NCBI GenBank assembly: GCA_965231215.1
Contig: OZ246423.1
Span: 960,001-1,024,000, forward strand
Direction: 5' to 3'
Length of the DNA stretch: 64,000 bases
Source: Candidatus Altimarinota bacterium
GTDB lineage: Bacteria > Patescibacteriota > Gracilibacteria > UBA4473
Of this stretch, positions 52,159 to 61,787 are shown piece by piece (positions within the stretch are counted from its first letter, which is position 1; each line of letters starts with the position of its first letter). Both the position numbers and the translations under genes were made by a program. Below the pieces are notes generated by a model that was given only the letters and a program-made list of their open reading frames with translations, was not told the DNA's origin and did not search any database.

Positions 52159-52426
52159 AAAAATTTTAAAACTTTAAGGAGCCTGTTATTGCCAGCAAAG
52201 TTGTTGTTTAACTTTTTCAGAGCGTGGTAATCTACTTTCGAAAATAGGCAATAGATACTTTCATGATTAACCATTAATTATTTTTGCCTCGTGATGACAG
52301 CAAAATACTTGTTTTTCTCGATTTAAATTTTATAGGTTTATAAGTTTAAGTATTTTTGGCTACATCAAAATATTGACCCTAAAACACAAAGATATTAGCT
52401 TGTGAGTTGAACTTTCAGATATTTCT

Positions 52427-53860
52427 ATGAAAAAATTTTTCACCCTGGCTCTCATTACGGTTTTTGGTTTAGGACTTGTATTCCCAGAGTTAGCGGTCGC
52501 CAGTCGCTCATTTTATTTTAGCGGCAGAGGTGATAGTGAAGCCTGGGAAAAATATAAAGCCTCTTTAGCCCAACCAGGCAGCCAAAGCCGAACAAACTAT
52601 AGACGAACTTACCGGTATACCGCTCCAAGAAATTCTAGCTACTCTACCACTAGAACCAGAACTAATACCCTCAGAGACAATAGCCGTCGAAGCAGTACAG
52701 GGATTCGTGCTACACGCCAAAGCGGACAGGTTACCAGTACCAGAAAACCTACAGCCTATAAAGTTCTAGAGGCCGATAACACTAACTTCCAAGTACGAGT
52801 CCCTATTGGATTTGCCAAAAGCTCAGACAATTTAAGCGCCAATAGCGGAAGTTTGATACTTAAAAGTGAGACCGAAAAGATTGAAATTATGGCCACGAGT
52901 GACCGGTGTGACTCTGAGGCTGGAGCGGGATTCCAAGACTGTTATACTAAATTTTGGCAGGCTGAACAAAAAGCCCTAAAAGCCAAATATCCAAAAGGAT
53001 TTGTCCTCAAAAACCAAGACCTTCTCTGGAACACCAGTGTTGGACGAAGCGCTCTCCGAAATATTAAAGACCAGCAAGGGCGATACATGCTTGTCCATAA
53101 CGGAAAAAAACGAATAGGGATGTTCCTTTTCTTTGAACCAAGTGAACAACATTATGTATGGAAAATTCATTTTGAAGGCCCTTCAAATGGAGCGTTGCTT
53201 CGAAACTTTTCTTCGACTCAAAAAATACTTTTAAGTTTGTTCCAAGCTCAAGAAGCCGATCAATCTACCCGGAAAAATTACACTCCAAGCAATCTTGGAA
53301 GAAGATTCAGAAATGTAAGTTTTAGAGCTGAACAGGCTCGAAACACTAACGACAGCACCAAACAGAGAACTATTATGGGAAGAAAGTTAAACTTTAGCCT
53401 CTCTGTGCCTAAAGATTACGTACTAAAGCAAGATACGCTCTCTCAGTCTAACGGTAAAATGAGAATTACCGATCGTCTTGAAAATAACACTATAGAGATC
53501 ATGCCTACCGAAACTATCTGTGAAAGTAACCTTGATAGAGATAAGGTGAACCGGTGTATTAAGGCTGGAGTAGAAACCCTCATCGCAGAATTTAAAAAGG
53601 CACACCCTCAAGCCAACCTTTTGGAAGATCGAAGTATATTACTAAAGCTGATAGCCGGCGCCAATACCAAAGAAAATTTGGGACATTTTGTGCATCTTAG
53701 AGAGACGGGAAAACGCTATGCGCTGATTATCTTTAGAGAGCCGAGCCAAGGACACCTCTGGCAAGTCATGATACATTCACCAGAAAGCCGTAGCGGAAAC
53801 GATATACTCAATGATAGTCGAGTGCTTAATACAGTCATGAGTTCATTTCTGTTTCAATAA
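52427..53860 (+). CDS. Secreted protein with an Arg/Ser/Thr/Tyr-rich tail and two PsbP/DcrB-like domains
   Basis: Signal peptide; duplicated F.v.VP..Y/F...C..C domain. Confidence 0.7.
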   Translation: MKKFFTLALITVFGLGLVFPELAVASRSFYFSGRGDSEAWEKYKASLAQPGSQSRTNYRRTYRYTAPRNSSYSTTRTRTNTLRDNSRRSSTGIRATRQSGQVTSTRKPTAYKVLEADNTNFQVRVPIGFAKSSDNLSANSGSLILKSETEKIEIMATSDRCDSEAGAGFQDCYTKFWQAEQKALKAKYPKGFVLKNQDLLWNTSVGRSALRNIKDQQGRYMLVHNGKKRIGMFLFFEPSEQHYVWKIHFEGPSNGALLRNFSSTQKILLSLFQAQEADQSTRKNYTPSNLGRRFRNVSFRAEQARNTNDSTKQRTIMGRKLNFSLSVPKDYVLKQDTLSQSNGKMRITDRLENNTIEIMPTETICESNLDRDKVNRCIKAGVETLIAEFKKAHPQANLLEDRSILLKLIAGANTKENLGHFVHLRETGKRYALIIFREPSQGHLWQVMIHSPESRSGNDILNDSRVLNTVMSSFLFQ

Positions 53861-53884
53861 AATTGATAAAAATTTAAAAATATT

Positions 53885-53916
53885 TTGGAAGTTACTTTTC
53901 ATCAAGTAACTTTCAA
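53885..53916. terminator. 13-bp inverted repeat (terminator or operator)
   Basis: ttggaagttactt-N6-aagtaactttcaa. Confidence 0.45.
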
Positions 53917-54095
53917 GTACCTCATTTTTTTGAAGCCTCTGGGATTTTAAATTTAGCGAAAAAACTACAAAAAATTTGACAGTTTATCGTTTTTAATTAA
54001 AAGATTATTTGAACCATTTAAAAAAAATAAAAACCAACCCCTTAAACGCTGAGTTTAACGGGCGTTTTTATTTCTTTGTTTTTCACCCCACAAAA

Positions 54096-55013
54096 ATGTT
54101 TAAGAAAACACTTCTCGGTCTCGGTCTGGTATTGGTGATTGGTGCAGCAGTAAGTATGACTTCTGCCTCACGGTATGTCTATCATCAATATCAAAGATAC
54201 TCTGGTTACCCCAATTACGGTACCCATAATCATTACACAGCCTATCGGCCAACGACTAACCGTGTTTATGGTATTAACTACGGGAACCGATACCGAAATC
54301 AGTACAAAGCTCAATGTGACTACCGAGATCAGTACGGCTGTCATTACTACAATAAAAATGTCTACAGCTACAACCCAAACTACGGGTACCGACAAAATCG
54401 GTATGCGCTGAATCAACATAATAGTGAAGATTACAAACTAAACCGACCACACCTATACCCACGAGTTGAAAATACTTTCCAGAGTGACCGATTAGTGGTT
54501 CGAAATGGAAACTATCGAGACCGTGTAATCAATTACCGAGGACGAGCAAAAGCTGAAGAATTTTATCCGGTAGAGGCGGTAACCTACGCAATAAACCATC
54601 AAGGATTTGCCCCTGATGGAGCTGGCGCTTACAGAGCTAGTGGGACTTCACTTGCTTTCCGAGTATTGCAAACGCCAGATAGGTACCGATGTAGTCAGAG
54701 TAATTTCTGGTCTTGTGCGGCTCAGGCTAATCGGGATTTCCGATCTGTTCAAAATCTAGGACAAATTTATGATCACCACACGGATTTCCGATGGAATCAA
54801 ACTCAAGATCTGGACTTTGCCTACTACCCAACTATCACGGAAAGTTTTAATTCTAATAACGCTGGACGAAATATGGTGTATTTCACATTTAATGCACTTA
54901 ATCCACTTGATGGAAGCCTTGTGCGAATTGAAGGAGTAGCTGATGCTCGTGAAAAAGCTCGAGCTTCTCAAATCATGCACAACGTATTTGAGAGCTTTAG
55001 ATTTAGACCTTAA
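54096..55013 (+). CDS. Secreted protein with a Tyr/Arg/Asn-rich tail and a PsbP/DcrB-like domain
   Basis: Signal peptide MFKKTLL...; CSQSNFWSC; ends FESFRFRP. Confidence 0.7.
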   Translation: MFKKTLLGLGLVLVIGAAVSMTSASRYVYHQYQRYSGYPNYGTHNHYTAYRPTTNRVYGINYGNRYRNQYKAQCDYRDQYGCHYYNKNVYSYNPNYGYRQNRYALNQHNSEDYKLNRPHLYPRVENTFQSDRLVVRNGNYRDRVINYRGRAKAEEFYPVEAVTYAINHQGFAPDGAGAYRASGTSLAFRVLQTPDRYRCSQSNFWSCAAQANRDFRSVQNLGQIYDHHTDFRWNQTQDLDFAYYPTITESFNSNNAGRNMVYFTFNALNPLDGSLVRIEGVADAREKARASQIMHNVFESFRFRP

Positions 55014-55054
55014 TAGTCACATACACTAAAATTAAACCGTATATTTAAATAATC

Positions 55055-55999
55055 ATGAAAAAATTTCTTTGTTTGGCCCTCGGAGTTTCAGTATTAAGTG
55101 CCGCTATGATTCCCTTTAGTGCAGCTTCACGGAATGCTTATCACGCCTACATTACCTCACAAGAGAATTATAAAAAATACCGATACTACACTAATCGGCT
55201 GGGAGATCGAAAACGACGCTTCCAAAACCGAGTAGAACGGAAAAACCAACAAGAAGCTCGTCAGCTTCATTTACGAAGAGATTCCAGAGCCAATCAACAA
55301 AACCGAAATGTATATGTGGAAGCCACTCGAGGTATTGATCTAGATCGAACCCGAAGACCTCTTCGAACTTTTACTACCTCCCTTCGAGCTCCTTGGAGAC
55401 AACCTCTAAACCGGACAGGGATTGTTTCTGAAGTTTCAACCCTGCCTTCCCCTTTAGTAAAAGCTTTTGAAACCTACAGAAACGATGCTTTTTCACTAGA
55501 GATTCCTGTGGCAGCTCGACCTACGGCTGATAATAATCATCTGTTTACAGCCTTTGACGGAGAACTTTCAATCCGAATAGAAAAATTTGAGAATAACTGT
55601 TCTGGAACCTATGGATTCCAAGGATGTGCGACTCAAATCGCTAAAGGGCAAAACTATGCCGTTATCAAGGGAGATGGAAAACTCCTTTCACTAGACCGAG
55701 TGAAAAGAAATTACACTAAATCAGATACGGTTCTAGATGTACCAAACAGGCAAACGCCCGTATACACTGAGCAATTCTCAGCTCTCTTTCCAGACGGAGT
55801 GGAGTACACACTGAGTCGATACATTGTCAAAGATTATGACGGAGAAGGAGTCTATTTTATTGAAGTAAAAATCCCACGTGAAAAAGCGCGTAATTACGTT
55901 GGAGTGGCTAAGCGTCTCTTTGATTCATTCCGAATCTATCAAGACGCACTTCCAGTAGTAGAAGAGGCAGAAGAAGCCACAACAGAAGAGACCCAGTAA
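55055..55999 (+). CDS. Secreted protein with an Arg-rich tail and a PsbP/DcrB-like domain
   Basis: Signal peptide; FSLEIP, CSGTYGFQGC and FDSFRIY. Confidence 0.7.
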   Translation: MKKFLCLALGVSVLSAAMIPFSAASRNAYHAYITSQENYKKYRYYTNRLGDRKRRFQNRVERKNQQEARQLHLRRDSRANQQNRNVYVEATRGIDLDRTRRPLRTFTTSLRAPWRQPLNRTGIVSEVSTLPSPLVKAFETYRNDAFSLEIPVAARPTADNNHLFTAFDGELSIRIEKFENNCSGTYGFQGCATQIAKGQNYAVIKGDGKLLSLDRVKRNYTKSDTVLDVPNRQTPVYTEQFSALFPDGVEYTLSRYIVKDYDGEGVYFIEVKIPREKARNYVGVAKRLFDSFRIYQDALPVVEEAEEATTEETQ

Positions 56000-56025
56000 T
56001 AGTGACCCTCATTTAGAGATTAAAG

Positions 56026-56054
56026 AAAAAGCGCCTTCCAAAGGCGCTTTTTTT
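56026..56054 (+). terminator. Intrinsic (bidirectional) terminator
   Basis: aaaaagcgcctt-cca-aaggcgcttttttt. Confidence 0.85.
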
Positions 56055-56233
56055 AGTTTTTTAAGTTTAATACTCTGGCTAAATTAAAGAAGCTCAAAGC
56101 TTCATCCAGAGCCTGATAAGTTTTCTTTATGATCAACTTTTTGAAATTCTGAAATAGAGTTTTTTCAAAAGAGTCACAAAATTTGCGATAGGTCGTATAA
56201 AACAGTACAAATAAATAGTCTAATATTTTATCT

Positions 56234-58081
56234 ATGAAAAAATTATTTTCCCTCTTCACCTTTGGGCTTATTTTGAGTTCTTTTTTGGTATTCCCTCAGC
56301 CTTCTGAGGCCGTCAGCTATGGCAACTATTGGGATTATTATCGTGATTATTATGCTAATAAATATGGAGCGAGCCGAAGCTCATACACACCTCGGTATTC
56401 TAGTCGTAGAAGCACAAGCCGATATGTAAGACCTACATACAGAACCCGAACAACTAATTACAACCGAAGTTATACCCCCACAACTTCTAACCGGTATTCA
56501 AACCGTAGAACCAACAATTATTCAAACTACTTGTATGGACGAAGAAATCAGGCTTCAAGTCCTGTGATTCGTGCTACATCTAATCCTATTACCCTACGGC
56601 AAGATGTGAATGAAATTTCCAGCACCCCAATTGATTTATTCAATATCGGACTCCATTACCCACGAGTGAGTTCAACGCAGCTGTATCCAGCGGCTTTGGT
56701 ACGTGAAATGACCTTTAGAATTGTAGATAATAGCGGAGTAGTCAGCGAATTTGATGATTTTGAATTGGTGGTAGAGGATCAAGCCTTTCAGTTTAATCGC
56801 AATGGCTACATTACGCTCGATTTTCAAAATTTGAGATTAGCACAATCTGAGTCTCGAGAGCTTAATGTACAGATCAAAGTAGAAGACCCAGACGTATTCC
56901 CAAGACTGCCTGGCTCTTTTCGAGTAAAGCTCGAAAAAGTTTGGGCGACAGATGAAAACGCTACTCAGCAAATTCCAGTCCAAATATCTGGCCGGTCTAT
57001 CTCTGATTATGTTGTACTTAACCCACGTGTAGGCACTTCAGGTGGAGGCAGTGTCAGCGCTCAGCTTACGCCAAGAAAAGTCTATGGAAGAACCCTTTCT
57101 GCCGGAGAAAAAGAAGTCGTATTTAGTGCAGTTTTAGGCGCTAATAGAGATGACTTTTTAGTAGAAAAAATAACGGTCACCAATAGCTTTGGTTCCAACA
57201 TTGATTCACTCACTGACGAAATTCGTCTTATCAACCAAAACACTGGGCAAGTCCTTAGTTCTCGGAAATTTATCGGAGGTTCAGCGGTATTTGATTTAGG
57301 ACGAAATGATATTCTTATTCCTCGGAATAAAGAAGTCGCTCTAGCCTTTGAATTAGCCGTGAGAAACACCCTTCCACAAGGGGTAACCGATAACCGAATT
57401 GAGCTTAATATGAGTCCCAGTGATGTAGAAATTTTTGGAATTGGTTCTGGGAAGGTCGTCCCTGATAGCAGTAAATTCTTCAACACTGATAATGAAACCT
57501 TCACCATCGCTCAGGGAGGTGGCGGTATGGGGGGAATTACTTTCTCTGCAGGTCAACCAGCCTTTGTTTCTACTGGGGATTTAAATGAAATGGCTCGATT
57601 TACTATCTCAAATGCTGGTTCTGGCAGTATTTCAGTAGGAAGAATCTCCGTCCAGAGTTTTTTGAGTGGAGTGGAATTTCCGGGAGGCCTTAGTACCGAT
57701 GACGTAGAACTCAGAGAAATCTACCAAGGTCGCGAAGCTCCAAGTACCAGCTTTGTAACGACTGGTGCTAGTGGAAATATCCTAACTTTTGATGCCTCAA
57801 GTGAAATCTATATTGAAGGAAATTCTTCACGAGAATTTACTATCAAAATGGCGCTTGATAACCTTACTTCAGGCGATGATGAAGCTGACTCTGTAACCTT
57901 CAAAATTTTAGGAGATACCAGCTTTAATAAAGGGACTCTGAGTAGTGTCCGAAGTAGCGGCGCTAATTTTGTCTGGTCTGATCACTCAGGAAGACCCCAT
58001 AATACCGGTTCTTCAGATTGGCTTTCTGGCTTCCTTGTAAGGGGATTACCGACGGGAAATTATGTGAAATACAGGCGATAA
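56234..58081 (+). CDS. Secreted surface protein with a Tyr/Arg/Ser-rich tail and beta-rich (Ig-like) domains
   Basis: Signal peptide ending SEA; low-complexity basic N-terminus; beta-strand-rich remainder. Confidence 0.75.
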   Translation: MKKLFSLFTFGLILSSFLVFPQPSEAVSYGNYWDYYRDYYANKYGASRSSYTPRYSSRRSTSRYVRPTYRTRTTNYNRSYTPTTSNRYSNRRTNNYSNYLYGRRNQASSPVIRATSNPITLRQDVNEISSTPIDLFNIGLHYPRVSSTQLYPAALVREMTFRIVDNSGVVSEFDDFELVVEDQAFQFNRNGYITLDFQNLRLAQSESRELNVQIKVEDPDVFPRLPGSFRVKLEKVWATDENATQQIPVQISGRSISDYVVLNPRVGTSGGGSVSAQLTPRKVYGRTLSAGEKEVVFSAVLGANRDDFLVEKITVTNSFGSNIDSLTDEIRLINQNTGQVLSSRKFIGGSAVFDLGRNDILIPRNKEVALAFELAVRNTLPQGVTDNRIELNMSPSDVEIFGIGSGKVVPDSSKFFNTDNETFTIAQGGGGMGGITFSAGQPAFVSTGDLNEMARFTISNAGSGSISVGRISVQSFLSGVEFPGGLSTDDVELREIYQGREAPSTSFVTTGASGNILTFDASSEIYIEGNSSREFTIKMALDNLTSGDDEADSVTFKILGDTSFNKGTLSSVRSSGANFVWSDHSGRPHNTGSSDWLSGFLVRGLPTGNYVKYRR

Positions 58082-58214
58082 TCTGCGAGAGAAAACCGAC
58101 AGTTTTCCCTCGGTGATCCTTCCCTAAAATTTGTATTCTTGAAGCGGGGGAATCCATAAGACTCTCACTTCAAGAATGCCCTCATTTTTAGAGGTTAAAT
58201 TTGATACTTGTAAC

Positions 58215-58243
58215 TTGATTTTTTGGCTTAAATTCGGTATAAT
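58215..58243 (+). promoter_or_regulatory. Sigma70-like promoter
   Basis: TTGATT-17 bp-TATAAT, 24 nt before the ATG. Confidence 0.6.
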
Positions 58244-58267
58244 GAACGGATTTATTTAAAAATTTTT

Positions 58268-61200
58268 ATGGCTCAATTGGTACAAGGGATAATTTTGTCA
58301 CTGCTGCTTCTGGGATTCTGTCCAGTAGTTAAAGCTTTTGATTCAGTGACGGGAGGAGGGGATGGCCTGGTTTTAAGTACTACCGTAGACAATGCCAATA
58401 AAGCCCTTTTAGAGGATCTAGTTTTGAGTTTAAGCGCTTCGGCTAGTAATGAGCCGGTGGTGATTAGTTTTGATGATGGGGCGGGATTTGAACAAGACGG
58501 AACCGGAACGATCAGTTTAGGCGTTTCTACTGGTACTACTAACCTGAGCACACTTAATGACTTTGCCAGTAGTGATGCTTTGACGATAACCAATCAAGCC
58601 ACGCTAGAAGAAACCAAAGTATTTGTAGAAAGTGGAACGGAAAATATGTCTGTAGGAACCGCTGGGACTACCACTACATTAAATACCCTTAGTTTTTTTG
58701 ATTCTGGAGACATCATTACCGCAACCGATAGTTTAAGTGCTACAACCCAGATTTTTGTAGATGAAGCGACAGAAACCATTGATCTAGGAACCGCTGATGC
58801 CACTACGGTGTTAGATACTTTAGCAGATTTTGCCAATGGAGATACGCTTACGGTCACCGACAGCCTTGGAGCCGAAACTAATTTTTCGGTAACGGGAGCC
58901 AATACGGTAGCAGATTTGGTGACCTTTCTAGACGGAATTATCAACATGAGTGCGGCGTTTGATGCGTTTAATGACCGTATCATTATTGATACGACTCAAA
59001 CCTTTACCATTACCAGTAATGGGGCTTTAGCGACGGTCATTATGACCGTTGTAAATACGGTAGGGGATTTAACTACGGCTTTAAATAATGTAACTAATTT
59101 AGCAGCAGCTTTTGATAGCCTTGACGATGAAATTGACCTAACCGCAAGTGAAAATTTTACCATAGAAAGTACGGGAACCCTTCCCACCGTTGACATTAAC
59201 ATCATTGATACCGTTACAGACCTCACCAATACGCTCAATGGTATTACAAACCTCACCGCTACCTTTGATGATCCAAATGATCGGATTGATCTAACGTCTA
59301 CCGTAGACTTCCAGATAGCAAGTACAGGATCACTTGGAACCATCAACATGGATGCTGTCTCCTCAGGAAATTTAGAGTTTTCTTCTGATTCACCCAATTT
59401 AGTCATTACCAGTGGAACCTTGAGCATTGCTAATTTAGAGATTACATCTAGTCAGATTAGCTTTACCCTTAACGGGAGTGGGGATATGCGAGTGCAAGAT
59501 TTAGGTATCTTCGGCACCAATTTTACAGAAAAAGGAGAATTCTTTGAGACTCGAACCCTTAAAGTAGCGTTCCAAGGGGCGGATTTTTTTGGAGAAAACT
59601 TTGTAGTTGATACAACTAACTATGTTCAAAAATTAAACTTTGTTGGATCCAGTGGAGGAGAAGACAATGACGGAGATGGAAATGGTGATACCTTCATTAT
59701 TGGGGATACTATGAGTTTTGATTTTGCTCCGTTTGATTTTTCATCTCGTGGAAGTTTTACTCTGGATCTTACGAGCTTAGGGGGCACTGCGGGCGTGGAC
59801 GTAACGTCCAGCTTTACCGTGGTTTCTGACGATGATGATAGTCCTAATACCAATGTGCCAATAAGCCTTTCTTATGCAGGAACAGGAGTTACTAACACCT
59901 TTAACAGTAAAGATTTTGATATTGATAACCAGCCGCCTAGCTTTGATCTCGCAAACCATCTGTTTCTCAGCATTCCAGAAGGGAAAGTAGCTGCCGGGAT
60001 TGCCGATGAATTAACCGTGACAATGCCAACAGAATCAAGTGGAGACACCCTTTTTTTCACGGCCAATTTTTCTGATGTAGGAGGGAGTATCGTGAACTTT
60101 GTTGATGCCCCTTTTGCTGATCAATCTATTACGCTTCAAGAAGTAGCAATTGATACTAATTATGACCAATCTATTACTTTCCGTGATGATGCTGGGAATA
60201 CCTTTGGCCCGGTGAACACCAACCAAGTGAGTGTAGATCTCATTCGACCAGTTATCTCTACCACCAATATTCTCTCTGTGGTGAGTGGTAATAATCCGGC
60301 CATTGTAGGAGATACGGTTCAGGTAGCCCTGCCAGTAGATACAGCTGGAAGCGTAGGGGATACCATTTCATTTTCGCTTGATATGACTCAAGTGGGGGAT
60401 GATACCACCGCTAATTTAGAAAAAGTTACAACCGCTCAAAACATTATCGTAGTCTCAGGAGCCCTTAATAATACGGCTTTTGCTCCGGATCTAACGCTTT
60501 TTGATAAAGCTGAGAATACCCAAGTGGTGACCCTAGATCCTCTGCAAATAGATAATATGCCCCCCGTATTTGATACGAGCTGTGGAGCCACCTTTCAGGT
60601 AATAGATGAGGGTGAAGGGGATGATAATGGAATTGCGGACTTTAATAATGGTGTGAGAGATAGAGTGTTCTTCCTTTATCCAAACAAAAATATTGCAGGA
60701 TGTGATATTGATCGTTTTGATTTGAACCTCTACTCCCTTACCAAGGATCCTTTGTTCCGCTTTTATGAGCAAGAGGCGACAGGAACAGGCCGGATTTTTT
60801 ATGTGGCAGAAGGAAGTCTAGACAACCCTAGCCAAACCTTTGTCATGACGGTTTATGATGCGGCTGGGAATACAACAGATTTTTCTACAGGCCCTTTAAA
60901 TGTAGACAACAGCCTCAGTACCCAGGCCAACCTAGTAGACAGGTCTGTTGCCTTGACCAATATAAACTCAAATGGAGTCGTTCTGTTTGAGGGAAGAATT
61001 GATGTGAGAGCTACTATTTCTACTGGAGATGTGGTACAAGTATTGGCTCATATGGATGGAGCCGCCAGTCAGGTAGAACTTAGCAGAACTTCCGACGGAC
61101 AGTGGATTGGACCACTAGATATCTTTGCTGGAGATTTGGTAAAAACTAAACGGTTCATTACTTTTACCATCATTGATGATGCTGGAAATGTGGCGTTGGT

Positions 61201-61762
61201 AGAAGGTGAAAAACCTTTCCTTATTACCAATAATACGCGAGTTCGTGGTGGGGGAGGTGGCGGGAGTTTAAGCCTGTCAAAGCTTCAGAAAAAAAGTTCT
61301 TTCCGAAGCTTTACCCCGAATCAAACCGATGAATTTCATGATTCTGTGTGGGATGGAAAGTTCAAAAGTAAGGCCCTGCTTAGACTCGAAAGTTTAAAAC
61401 GAAGAATCGCCCTGCCAAGCTTTAACCGAAGCCGAATTAGCCCAAAATCTAAAGATGAAGTAGAAAAAGTAAGAGCCCTTTGGCGATCTCGTCAAAAAGC
61501 CATGGCCGAGGACGGAACACCTCAAAAAATGCAGAAAGGGATTGAAGAATTTCTGAAACGAAGAGAACCAGAAAGCATTGTAGATAAAGCGGTGGTTAAT
61601 GATGGAGAATTCAGGATCCGAACGACACTCAATAATCTAAAAGAACTCACACATCCAAAAACAGTCCTTCCAGGGCCAAATTATCGAAAAGTTCGCACAG
61701 GTCAACGTGGAAAATTCCTTTACGTAGAAAGGAAAAAAGGGAAAATTATTGAGTCACAATAA
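58268..61762 (+). CDS. Large secreted Thr/Asp-rich surface protein with nested repeats and a basic C-terminal tail
   Basis: Signal peptide ending VKA; TV.DL...LN repeats; poly-Gly followed by a K/R-rich tail. Confidence 0.8.
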   Translation: MAQLVQGIILSLLLLGFCPVVKAFDSVTGGGDGLVLSTTVDNANKALLEDLVLSLSASASNEPVVISFDDGAGFEQDGTGTISLGVSTGTTNLSTLNDFASSDALTITNQATLEETKVFVESGTENMSVGTAGTTTTLNTLSFFDSGDIITATDSLSATTQIFVDEATETIDLGTADATTVLDTLADFANGDTLTVTDSLGAETNFSVTGANTVADLVTFLDGIINMSAAFDAFNDRIIIDTTQTFTITSNGALATVIMTVVNTVGDLTTALNNVTNLAAAFDSLDDEIDLTASENFTIESTGTLPTVDINIIDTVTDLTNTLNGITNLTATFDDPNDRIDLTSTVDFQIASTGSLGTINMDAVSSGNLEFSSDSPNLVITSGTLSIANLEITSSQISFTLNGSGDMRVQDLGIFGTNFTEKGEFFETRTLKVAFQGADFFGENFVVDTTNYVQKLNFVGSSGGEDNDGDGNGDTFIIGDTMSFDFAPFDFSSRGSFTLDLTSLGGTAGVDVTSSFTVVSDDDDSPNTNVPISLSYAGTGVTNTFNSKDFDIDNQPPSFDLANHLFLSIPEGKVAAGIADELTVTMPTESSGDTLFFTANFSDVGGSIVNFVDAPFADQSITLQEVAIDTNYDQSITFRDDAGNTFGPVNTNQVSVDLIRPVISTTNILSVVSGNNPAIVGDTVQVALPVDTAGSVGDTISFSLDMTQVGDDTTANLEKVTTAQNIIVVSGALNNTAFAPDLTLFDKAENTQVVTLDPLQIDNMPPVFDTSCGATFQVIDEGEGDDNGIADFNNGVRDRVFFLYPNKNIAGCDIDRFDLNLYSLTKDPLFRFYEQEATGTGRIFYVAEGSLDNPSQTFVMTVYDAAGNTTDFSTGPLNVDNSLSTQANLVDRSVALTNINSNGVVLFEGRIDVRATISTGDVVQVLAHMDGAASQVELSRTSDGQWIGPLDIFAGDLVKTKRFITFTIIDDAGNVALVEGEKPFLITNNTRVRGGGGGGSLSLSKLQKKSSFRSFTPNQTDEFHDSVWDGKFKSKALLRLESLKRRIALPSFNRSRISPKSKDEVEKVRALWRSRQKAMAEDGTPQKMQKGIEEFLKRREPESIVDKAVVNDGEFRIRTTLNNLKELTHPKTVLPGPNYRKVRTGQRGKFLYVERKKGKIIESQ

Positions 61763-61787
61763 GGAAAAGTAATTTGTACTAAATTTC

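Noticed and set aside
58086-58177. Two hairpins after the 615-aa gene considered as an ncRNA
   Set aside because: Best explained as terminator or mRNA-stabilising stems; no recognisable RNA family motif.
58273-60772. Several minus-strand ORFs
   Set aside because: Antisense shadows of the 1164-aa surface protein.
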